Source: Gallionella sp. | GTDB lineage: Bacteria > Pseudomonadota > Gammaproteobacteria > Burkholderiales > Gallionellaceae | NCBI GenBank assembly: GCA_035654595.1 | Contig: DASRWN010000125.1 | Span: forward strand, 1 to 36,733 | Reading direction: 5' to 3' | DNA: 36,733 nt | Shown here: positions 10,431 to 17,558 of the stretch, piece by piece | How the letters are laid out: the number at the start of each line of letters is the position of its first letter | How positions within the stretch are numbered: the stretch's first letter is position 1 | Made by a program: the position numbers and the translations under genes | The notes under the pieces: generated by a model | Told to the model about the DNA's origin: nothing | Database searches by the model: none | The model's input: the letters and a program-made list of their open reading frames with translations, nothing else

Positions 10431-10853
10431 TCAATCCATCAGCGCGTCCAGGGCTTTCTGATAACGGTTGGCGTGTGAACGCTCTGCCTTTGCCAATGTT
10501 TCAAACCAGTCGGCAACTTCGTCAAAACCTTCCGAACGCGCCGTCTTGGCCATACCGGGATACATGTCGGTATATTCGTGTGTTTCACCGGCAACAGCCG
10601 CTTTCAAATTGTCGCGTGAAGAACCGATCGGCAAACCCGTCGCTGGGTCACCGGATGCTTCCAGAAATTCCAGATGGCCGTGCGCGTGGCCGGTTTCACC
10701 TTCAGCGGTGGAGCGAAACAATGCTGCAACGTCATTCTGACCTTCGATGTCGGCCTTGTTTGCGAAATACAAATAACGGCGGTTAGCCTGCGATTCACCG
10801 CTAAATGCGTCCTTTAGACACTGCTCGGTTTTACTACCTTTTAGTTTCATCAT
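10431..10853 (-). CDS. rbr: Rubrerythrin, short aerobic type without a rubredoxin domain
   Basis: [27 protein letters not shown] and AERSHA di-iron motifs; no C-terminal CxxC. GGAG SD present. Confidence 0.93.
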   Translation of the reverse strand: MMKLKGSKTEQCLKDAFSGESQANRRYLYFANKADIEGQNDVAALFRSTAEGETGHAHGHLEFLEASGDPATGLPIGSSRDNLKAAVAGETHEYTDMYPGMAKTARSEGFDEVADWFETLAKAERSHANRYQKALDALMD

Positions 10854-10908
10854 GTAGACTCCTTTGGGTTATAAAAAACAACGAATAAAGACCTTTAAGT
10901 CTCGGATC

Positions 10909-10937
10909 AATCTAACGATTCTCGTCAGTCGAGTCAA
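10909..10937 (-). promoter_or_regulatory. Sigma70 promoter for the rubrerythrin cluster
   Basis: Minus strand TTGACT (10937-10932), 17-nt spacer, TAGATT (10914-10909). Confidence 0.65.
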
Positions 10938-10948
10938 GGAAAAATCCC

Positions 10949-10988
10949 ATTTAATGTTCTTATCAAACTGCATTTGATAAATTTATCA
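10949..10988. promoter_or_regulatory. Putative transcription-factor site (OxyR/LysR- or Fur/PerR-like)
   Basis: Overlapping palindromes TTATCAAA-N5-TTTGATAA and TGATAAATTTATCA, just upstream of the rbr -35 box. Confidence 0.45.
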
Positions 10989-11032
10989 GCCTGCCCAAAA
11001 GATTTAGAAATAAAGGGTTTCAGACAAGTGCA

Positions 11033-11440
11033 TTATTTATTTTTCAATCGTCGGCTGTCTTCATTATTACTGCTATGCCGCTCCAATGCCCAAGCCACAT
11101 GCTCTCGCACCAAAGCTGACGGATGATCCGCGCGTGACTGTAGCGCATCAATTGCAACTGCGCTATTCCGTGCATGGCCCAACGCGTCGCCATTATTTTC
11201 TCCTCGATAGATAAGTAATAAATTTATTGCCCACGAATGGGTAAAAATAAAATTGCTGGTGGCAATAAATATGGACGCCACAGTGCCATTGCTTTCTGAT
11301 AGCTTCTGTGCAAACGTTTCTATCACCGTCGCGACGCTACCAGTACCATCGAATGTGAGGTTGAAATCTGTGAGGTTATCCTTGAGAGACTGGCCAAAAT
11401 CCGAAAAAAAGTTATTAGTTGGTTTGAACTCAAAAGTCAT
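11033..11440 (-). pseudogene. 135-aa chimeric ORF: foreign N-terminus (MTFEFKPTNN...) fused in frame to a duplicated QueG C-terminus
   Basis: GGAGGT SD before ATG 11440. The C-terminal part (ALGHARNSAVAIDALQSRADHPSALVREHVAWALERHSS) matches the end of QueG. Confidence 0.55.
11070..11186. repeat. Direct repeat copy 1 of the queG 3' end (117 bp)
   Basis: Ungapped alignment to 12276-12392 with 17 mismatches by hand count and a 48-bp identical core at 11106-11153. Confidence 0.95.
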
Positions 11441-11441
11441 T

Positions 11442-12035
11442 TTAGTTACCTCCAGAAATATTGCGCTTAGAAAGGATAGCTCGCGATTCGGCAATTAACA
11501 GTGCTACAACAGCTGGGAACACAAAACCAATAGCACCCGCATGAATAATTAGCATCGCAAGTCGATTTTTAATAGGTACAAAATTGCCAAGTATTTTTGG
11601 GTCGGCGAGGTGCCAAATGCCTGTGTCCCCAACATACAAAAACAGCAGAATTGTCCCGCCAATTACTAATGAATAATCTTGATCCTTGCCAAGCTTATTC
11701 AATCGTATCGCTCTTCTTTTAAGGAAAGCAAAGTAACCTTGATCATTGTTGATATGTCTTACACATAGAAATGTCTGTACCACAAAGGTTATTGGACTTA
11801 ACGCCCAGAACATAAACATGGCATTCTTAAAGTCCGTTGATTTCACGTAGTGTTGGATGAAATCCGGCGCATTGGATATGAATTCAAGCGCATTGACACC
11901 GAGCTTTGCCCAAATGAATTCAGGAACAAGAAGAACACTAGACTGCAAAAGCCAAAGAGCTGAGACGTATCTAGGCATGCCAGACTTTGTTCCAAGAGCA
12001 TAGAAATATTCAAGGATAGAAACGTTTGTACTCAT
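11442..12035 (-). CDS. Hypothetical multi-pass membrane protein (197 aa), AT-rich
   Basis: Long ORF in AT-rich DNA with about four hydrophobic segments. ATG overlaps the upstream TGA (ATGA), and the 3' end supplies the SD of the next ORF. Confidence 0.75.
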   Translation of the reverse strand: MSTNVSILEYFYALGTKSGMPRYVSALWLLQSSVLLVPEFIWAKLGVNALEFISNAPDFIQHYVKSTDFKNAMFMFWALSPITFVVQTFLCVRHINNDQGYFAFLKRRAIRLNKLGKDQDYSLVIGGTILLFLYVGDTGIWHLADPKILGNFVPIKNRLAMLIIHAGAIGFVFPAVVALLIAESRAILSKRNISGGN

Positions 12036-12097
12036 GTTGGCACCACGTATTTCATGGCTAATCCGACCAAACTAACCAGTAACAATAAACTCTTCAT
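12032..12097 (-). CDS. Putative 21-aa hydrophobic peptide MKSLLLLVSLVGLAMKYVVPT
   Basis: GAGGGGGGTGG precedes ATG 12097. Its stop overlaps the next ATG as ATGA. Confidence 0.4.
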   Translation of the reverse strand: MKSLLLLVSLVGLAMKYVVPT

Positions 12098-12107
12098 GCC
12101 ACCCCCC

Positions 12108-12230
12108 TCAACGCCTTTTGAAGCGATGCCAAGCATCCTGTTTGACGGCGTCATCAGGTTTTTCTGCCAACACTTTTCCAAGAATCCAGATTACGAAAAG
12201 TGTAATTCCGACTATGATAAAGCCTTCCAT
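12108..12230 (-). CDS. Putative 40-aa single-TM protein MEGFIIVGITLFVIWILGKVLAEKPDDAVKQDAWHRFKRR
   Basis: GAGGAGG SD, ATG overlapping the queG stop (TAATG), hydrophobic helix followed by a basic tail. Confidence 0.6.
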   Translation of the reverse strand: MEGFIIVGITLFVIWILGKVLAEKPDDAVKQDAWHRFKRR

Positions 12231-13366
12231 TACAACGCCTCCTCACCGCGAATACTACATCGCTTTTCATATGCGCTGCTGTGTCTTGCCAGCGCCCAAG
12301 CCACATGTTCCCGCACCAAAGCTGACGGATGATCCGCGCGTGACTGTAGCGCATCAATTACAACTGCGCTGTGAGGCGCGTTGCCCAACGCGACGGCGAT
12401 GTTGCGCAGCCATTGTTCATGTCCGATACGATAGATCGCGCTGCCCGCCAGTTTTGCGTTGAACTCGGCTTCGTCCCAAGCAAACAATTCAACCAGCGAC
12501 ACATCATCCAGCCCGTGCCGCACGGCAAAATCAGGCTCGACACTGGTTTGCGCAAAGCTGTTCCACGGGCACACCAACTGACAATCGTCGCAACCATAGA
12601 TGCGGTTGCCGATCAACGGGCGCAGCTCAACCGGCATGCTGCCTTTGAGTTCGATGGTGAGATACGAAATACAGCGGCGCGCATCAAGACGGTAAGGCGC
12701 GATAATGGCTTTGGTCGGGCAAATATCAATGCAACTGGTACAGGTGCCGCAGTGCTCTTGTTGCGGCTCGCTTAACGGCAACGGCAGATTCACATAAATC
12801 TCGCCGAGAAAAAACCACGAGCCATGTTCACGCGATAACAGCAAAGTGTGCTTGCCGCGCCAGCCGATACCGGCTTTGCGTGCCAACTCGACTTCCATCA
12901 CCGGCGCGCTGTCGGTGAATACACGCCCGTTAAATCCGGCGACCTCTGAACGTATCTTCTCCGCCAATTCCGCCAGACGCTGGCGCATTACCTTGTGATA
13001 GTCACGTCCCAGTGCATAGCGGGATATGTAGGCGCGCTCGGTTTCTTCCAGCACCTGCCAGCTGTCACGCGCGGCGGGCGGCAAATAATTCATGCGCAAC
13101 GAAATCACGCGCAAAGTGCCGGGTATCAGTTGCGCCGGACGGCTGCGTTTCAACCCATGTTTTGCCATATAATCCAGTTCACCATGCAGACCCTGCGCCA
13201 GCCATTCCAGCAGTCTTGATTCTGCTGTTGAAAGATCGGTATCGCTGATGCCCACTGCCTGAAAACCCAGTTGTTGCGCCCATCCACGTATCTGCGCAGC
13301 GAGCGCATCAAGGTCTGCCGGTTGCAAGTTGCCGTTTTGTTCCCACTGAGGATTCCTATTTTGCAT
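12230..13366 (-). CDS. queG: tRNA epoxyqueuosine(34) reductase
   Basis: SRYALGRDYH, FTDSAPVME, CGTCTSCIDICPT, DARRCISYLTIE and YGCDDCQLVCPWN motifs. Confidence 0.97.
   Translation of the reverse strand: MQNRNPQWEQNGNLQPADLDALAAQIRGWAQQLGFQAVGISDTDLSTAESRLLEWLAQGLHGELDYMAKHGLKRSRPAQLIPGTLRVISLRMNYLPPAARDSWQVLEETERAYISRYALGRDYHKVMRQRLAELAEKIRSEVAGFNGRVFTDSAPVMEVELARKAGIGWRGKHTLLLSREHGSWFFLGEIYVNLPLPLSEPQQEHCGTCTSCIDICPTKAIIAPYRLDARRCISYLTIELKGSMPVELRPLIGNRIYGCDDCQLVCPWNSFAQTSVEPDFAVRHGLDDVSLVELFAWDEAEFNAKLAGSAIYRIGHEQWLRNIAVALGNAPHSAVVIDALQSRADHPSALVREHVAWALARHSSAYEKRCSIRGEEAL
12276..12392. repeat. Direct repeat copy 2, inside the queG 3' end
   Basis: Matches 11070-11186 at offset 1206; identical core at 12312-12359. 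Confidence 0.95.
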
Positions 13367-13390
13367 AGTGCCGATGATAGCCCAATCACC

Positions 13391-13831
13391 ATGGAACTCG
13401 CAGATGAAAACGCCACTCTGTCATTGGCGCGGCGTCTCGCGGCATTGCTCAAGCCGGGCATGGTGATTTATCTGCGTGGTAACTTGGGCGCAGGTAAAAC
13501 CACCTTGGTGCGCGGCGTGTTGCATGCGCTGGGATACGGTGGACGGGTGAAAAGCCCCACTTATGCCTTGCTTGAAACTTATCAGGCAGCCGGGTTAGAG
13601 TTGCGCCACTTTGATTTGTATCGACTACACAGCGAAGAGGAATGGGACATGGCCGGCTTTCGCGACGAGTTTGATGGCAACAATATTTTTTTCATCGAGT
13701 GGCCAGAACAGGCGCTGGGCTTGATTCCGCCGGCTGATCTGGAAATTGATTTCTCTATCGTGGCGCAGGCGCGCTCAGTCGCCATACGAGGCTGTAGTGA
13801 GGCCGGAAAATCATGCATAAAGCAGCTATAA
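13391..13831 (+). CDS. tsaE: tRNA threonylcarbamoyladenosine biosynthesis ATPase TsaE
   Basis: GNLGAGKTT, VKSPTY, HFDLYRL and IEWPE motifs. Start uncertain (TTG at 13361 also possible). Confidence 0.93.
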   Translation: MELADENATLSLARRLAALLKPGMVIYLRGNLGAGKTTLVRGVLHALGYGGRVKSPTYALLETYQAAGLELRHFDLYRLHSEEEWDMAGFRDEFDGNNIFFIEWPEQALGLIPPADLEIDFSIVAQARSVAIRGCSEAGKSCIKQL

Positions 13832-15144
13832 AATTTGTCGCGCTCGCATTACTGCTCTGGCTGTCACAGGCCGATGCCGCCGTTTCCATCAATTCGACCC
13901 GTATCTGGCCGGCGCAGGACTACACCAGATTGACGCTGGAATCCAGAGAGGCGATTCACTTCAACATGTTCGAAATCACCGATCCAGATCGCCTGGTGAT
14001 CGACCTGGATGATGTTGAAATAGGGGCGCTGAAAGAGCTGTCCGGCAAAATTTCCAACGATGATCCTTACATAAAAAGCATTCGCGTCGGACAGTTCAAA
14101 CCGGGTGTAGTGCGCCTGGTGCTCGACCTGAAAACCCAGGTCAAGCCACAGTTATTCGATCTGAAACCGATTGCGGAATACGGCTACCGTCTGGTGCTGG
14201 ACGTTTATCCCGCCAATCCCGTTGACCCGCTGATGGCCTTGCTCAATCAGCTGGACAAACCCGACACAGCGCTTGCCACTGCGCCGCAAACTGTACCCGT
14301 CCCACCCGAACCGGAACAGCCGGATGAAACCGTTGAAAACAGGCTTGGGCTGACGCCTGGTCTGGATATTGGCAAACTGGACCAGCACCTTGCAACGCCA
14401 CCTAAAACGCTGGAAGTACGCGCGCGCACTCTGATCATCGCCCTTGATGCAGGACATGGTGGCGAAGACCCCGGTGCACATGGCAAAAACGGCTCACTCG
14501 AAAAAGACGTGACGCTGGCGATCGCGCGCAAGGTGAAGGCGTTGATGGACGACACGCCAAATATGCGCGGCGTGTTGATTCGCGACGGCGATTATTTCAT
14601 CCCGCTCGGGATGCGTGTAGTGAAGGCACATCAAGTGAATGCGGACTTGTTCGTTTCCATCCATGCGGATGCTTTTATCAAACCGGATGCGCGCGGCTCA
14701 TCGGTGTTCGCGCTTTCGGAACATGGCGCAACCAGCACTGCGGCACGCTGGCTGGCAAAAAACGAAAATGAAGCCGATTTGATCGGCGGAGTGAATATTG
14801 CCGTGCAAGATCCTTATCTGGCGCGCACGTTGCTGGATTTATCGCAGACCGCCACGATCAACGACAGCATGAAACTGGCCAAACATGTGCTGACTGAATT
14901 GGGCGGCATTAACGACTTGCATCGTGGCCGTGTAGAACAAGCCGGGTTTGCCGTGCTGAAATCGCCGGATATCCCGTCGATACTGGTTGAAACCGCCTTT
15001 ATCAGCAACCCCGGCGAAGAGCGTCGCCTGAACGACGAGGACTATCAAATGAATTTGGCCAATGCGATTCTGGGTGGAATCAAACGCTATTTTGCGCAAA
15101 ATCCGGCTTTGTCCAAGCAGAAAATCGCGGCGACCAAATTCTAG
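13813..15144 (+). CDS. amiC: N-acetylmuramoyl-L-alanine amidase with AMIN domain
   Basis: Signal peptide, AMIN-like RIWPAQDYTRLTLE and RLVIDL, Amidase_3 motifs DAGHGGEDPG, SIHAD and LVETAFISN. Confidence 0.92.
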   Translation: MHKAAIKFVALALLLWLSQADAAVSINSTRIWPAQDYTRLTLESREAIHFNMFEITDPDRLVIDLDDVEIGALKELSGKISNDDPYIKSIRVGQFKPGVVRLVLDLKTQVKPQLFDLKPIAEYGYRLVLDVYPANPVDPLMALLNQLDKPDTALATAPQTVPVPPEPEQPDETVENRLGLTPGLDIGKLDQHLATPPKTLEVRARTLIIALDAGHGGEDPGAHGKNGSLEKDVTLAIARKVKALMDDTPNMRGVLIRDGDYFIPLGMRVVKAHQVNADLFVSIHADAFIKPDARGSSVFALSEHGATSTAARWLAKNENEADLIGGVNIAVQDPYLARTLLDLSQTATINDSMKLAKHVLTELGGINDLHRGRVEQAGFAVLKSPDIPSILVETAFISNPGEERRLNDEDYQMNLANAILGGIKRYFAQNPALSKQKIAATKF

Positions 15145-15150
15145 CGCACG

Positions 15151-16038
15151 TCAGGCCGGGAATATTCCGGTAGAAAGATAACGATCACCACGATCACAAA
15201 CAACAAAAACAATCACGGCATTTTCCACCCGCCGCGAAATAGTCAGCGCCACGCATAGTGCTCCTCCCGAAGAAACTCCGCAGAAAATTCCTTCTTCACG
15301 CGCCATGCGCCGTGTCATTTGTTCGGCATCCGGTTGATTGACGTATTCCAGCTTGTCCACGTTTTTTCCATTGTAAATTTTCGGCAAGTAGGCCTCCGGC
15401 CATTTACGTATGCCGGAAATCTGCGCACCCTCTTCGGGCTGCACACCGATGATTTGAATGGCGGGATTGTGTTCCTTGAAAAATCGTGAGCAACCCATGA
15501 TCGTGCCAGTGGTCCCCATGCTGCTGACAAAATGGGTGAGCTTGCCGTCGGTATCGCGCCAGATTTCCGGGGCTGTGCCTTCATAGTGCGCCAGCGGATT
15601 ATCCGGATTGGCGAATTGATCGAGGATGATGCCTTTGCCTTCATCGCGCAGCTTTTCTGCCGTGTCACGCGCCAACTCCATGCTGCCGGCCTGGGCGGTC
15701 AACACCAGCTCCGCACCGTAAGCACGCATGGTTTGTATACGCTCTATACTCTGACTTTCCGGCATAACCAAAATCATGCGGTAACCGCGTATGGCTGCCG
15801 CCATCGCCAGCGCAATGCCGGTATTGCCGCTGGTCGCTTCGATCAATGTGTCACCCGGCTTGATCTTGCCGCGTTGCTCGGCTCTGACTACCATGGACAA
15901 TGCCGGCCTGTCCTTCACCGATCCGGCAGGATTGTTGCCTTCCAGCTTGGCCAGCAAGACATTGCTGGTATCTCCGGGAATGCGTTTAAGCCCCACCAGC
16001 GGGGTGTTGCCCACATAATGTTCGATGGTGTGATACAT
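15151..16038 (-). CDS. cysM: Cysteine synthase B
   Basis: KLEGNNPAGSVKDR, EATSGNTG, SSMGTTGT, GIRKWP and CDRGDRYLS motifs. Confidence 0.96.
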   Translation of the reverse strand: MYHTIEHYVGNTPLVGLKRIPGDTSNVLLAKLEGNNPAGSVKDRPALSMVVRAEQRGKIKPGDTLIEATSGNTGIALAMAAAIRGYRMILVMPESQSIERIQTMRAYGAELVLTAQAGSMELARDTAEKLRDEGKGIILDQFANPDNPLAHYEGTAPEIWRDTDGKLTHFVSSMGTTGTIMGCSRFFKEHNPAIQIIGVQPEEGAQISGIRKWPEAYLPKIYNGKNVDKLEYVNQPDAEQMTRRMAREEGIFCGVSSGGALCVALTISRRVENAVIVFVVCDRGDRYLSTGIFPA

Positions 16039-16059
16039 CTGGCCTGCCTCTGAATCATC

Positions 16060-16077
16060 AAGGCCGCCATCTTACCA
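16060..16077 (-). promoter_or_regulatory. Putative extended -10 promoter of cysM
   Basis: Minus strand TGGTAAGAT (16077-16069) followed by GGCGGCC. Confidence 0.45.
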
Positions 16078-16184
16078 TCTACGGAATCCCCGATTTAATC
16101 TTGCGCCGGTGCCCTGCGGATTGCGACAAACTGTTTCATCATAATCTCGACCCGTCATTGAAAAATGGGCATCGCAGTACCTTG

Positions 16185-17387
16185 CTAGAAACTGTGCTTC
16201 AAACCCACAGACCATGCCGATGGATCGGCACCCACCGCACTCGCGGCCGTGGTGCCCGATGCGTTGGAAGCGGTGGACAATGCATATTTGGCATTCGCAC
16301 CGTTATTCAATTTGGTGTAAAGCGCATACACAGTGGTACGCTTGCTAAGGTTGTGGTCGTACCCCAGTGAAATCTGCGAAGCACGCGTGTCGGTACCGGC
16401 TGCCGCGCCTGCAAGTTTTCCCGCATACGTATAAGCCAGTTTCACGGCGTCAGTGCCGAACTTGTACTTGCCGGACAGGTAGTAAGCCTTGTGTCCCAGC
16501 AGATCCGCATTGGTGGTTTTGGTCAGGTTGTCGGTGGTCGTTTCATACTCCGCATTAACTTCGAATACACTTGCCTTGTAGCCCACACCCACTTTCCAGG
16601 CGCTTTCCTTTTTGCCTGCCAAGTCGCCCAAGGCAGTACCGGTCAGCGGGCCGAGCGTGCCGGTGGGCACAGTCGAGGTGCCGAAATTATGCACTTCATA
16701 AGCGACGCTGCCATAGAGGGGGCCGACGTCATACCAGCTGGCCAACGACCACGCCGAGCCTTTGGTTTGGGTATCGAGAGATACCGCTTCTGCGCCGGCC
16801 ACATAAGATATTGCACCGGTGATGCCGTTTATCGCGGGGCTGATATAGATCAGTGTATTGGTTGGCCGCCCGTCGAATGCAACGGCGGCGGAAGACCCCA
16901 AAGCGCCGACGTTAGCGCCTGTAATGGCGGTGTTGCTGGCAAGCTTCGTCGCAGACAATGCTGTACCACCCAACAGGGTTCGGCTATCGGCAAGGGTATC
17001 GGCGAATACGTCCAGCCTGCGCGTGGAAAGTTTGTAGGGCGTATCGTGACGTCCCAATAATACCTTGCCCAGCGTGTCGCTGTTCAAACCGACAAAGGTA
17101 TTGCGCGTACCCAAGGTACTTGCGGCGCTGCCATCAAGGACGACCAGACTTTCGATTTGCCACACCGCCTGCAAATTGTCGCCAAGATATTCGGCGCCCC
17201 TGAAACCGATGCGTGAGCTGTTACTTGATACCTTATTCACACGGACACCCCGGGTAGCGCCGGCGCTACCGTTGTCCACCAGGTCGTATGACACGTGGGC
17301 TACACCATATATCTTTACGTTGTCAGTTTCGGCGAATGCAGGAGTGGAAATGGCTGCCGCGATGCCAATCAGCACGATTTTTTTCAT
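16185..17387 (-). CDS. Gram-negative trimeric porin (betaproteobacterial type)
   Basis: Signal peptide ending AFA, then NVKIYG, SRIGFRG.E.LG, RNTFVGL, YDHNLSKRT.VY and C-terminal VGLKHSF. AAGGA SD before ATG 17387. Confidence 0.93.
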   Translation of the reverse strand: MKKIVLIGIAAAISTPAFAETDNVKIYGVAHVSYDLVDNGSAGATRGVRVNKVSSNSSRIGFRGAEYLGDNLQAVWQIESLVVLDGSAASTLGTRNTFVGLNSDTLGKVLLGRHDTPYKLSTRRLDVFADTLADSRTLLGGTALSATKLASNTAITGANVGALGSSAAVAFDGRPTNTLIYISPAINGITGAISYVAGAEAVSLDTQTKGSAWSLASWYDVGPLYGSVAYEVHNFGTSTVPTGTLGPLTGTALGDLAGKKESAWKVGVGYKASVFEVNAEYETTTDNLTKTTNADLLGHKAYYLSGKYKFGTDAVKLAYTYAGKLAGAAAGTDTRASQISLGYDHNLSKRTTVYALYTKLNNGANAKYALSTASNASGTTAASAVGADPSAWSVGLKHSF

Positions 17388-17433
17388 GAGTATTCCTTTA
17401 GTAAAATTCGCCGATTGAGTAACCGCGGCGTGC

Positions 17434-17500
17434 ACTATAAGGAAACTATTTAATTCCGTAAAATGATATTTTTATATTTTAATATAACTTTTTTGAATAT
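17434..17500 (-). promoter_or_regulatory. Sigma70 promoter of the porin with an AT-rich upstream tract
   Basis: Minus strand TTTACG (17462-17457), 17-nt spacer, TATAGT (17439-17434). Positions 17463-17500 are almost pure A/T. Confidence 0.6.
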
Positions 17501-17503
17501 AGT

Positions 17504-17542
17504 AAAAACAAAAAAACCACCAGGCTTGCGCCGGGCGGGGTT
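17504..17542 (-). terminator. Intrinsic terminator after rfaD
   Basis: Minus strand CCGCCCGGC-GCAA-GCCTGGTGG-TTTTTTTGTTTTT. Confidence 0.75.
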
Positions 17543-17558
17543 GTGTGAGAAGACATGG

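Noticed and set aside
12032-12230. Small hydrophobic ORFs as filamentous-phage coat genes
   Set aside because: No Zot/pI ATPase, replication protein or pIII-like gene nearby.
11070-12392. queG repeat pair as a diversity-generating retroelement TR/VR
   Set aside because: Mismatches are not adenine-specific, many are synonymous third-position changes, and there is no reverse transcriptase in the window.
13813-13880. Amidase has a Sec-like rather than twin-arginine signal peptide
   Set aside because: Both export routes are known for AMIN-domain amidases, so this is not distinctive.
16185-17387. Porin as a Cyc2 or MtoB iron-oxidation component
   Set aside because: No CxxCH motif and no neighbouring cytochrome genes; size and motifs fit a classical trimeric porin.
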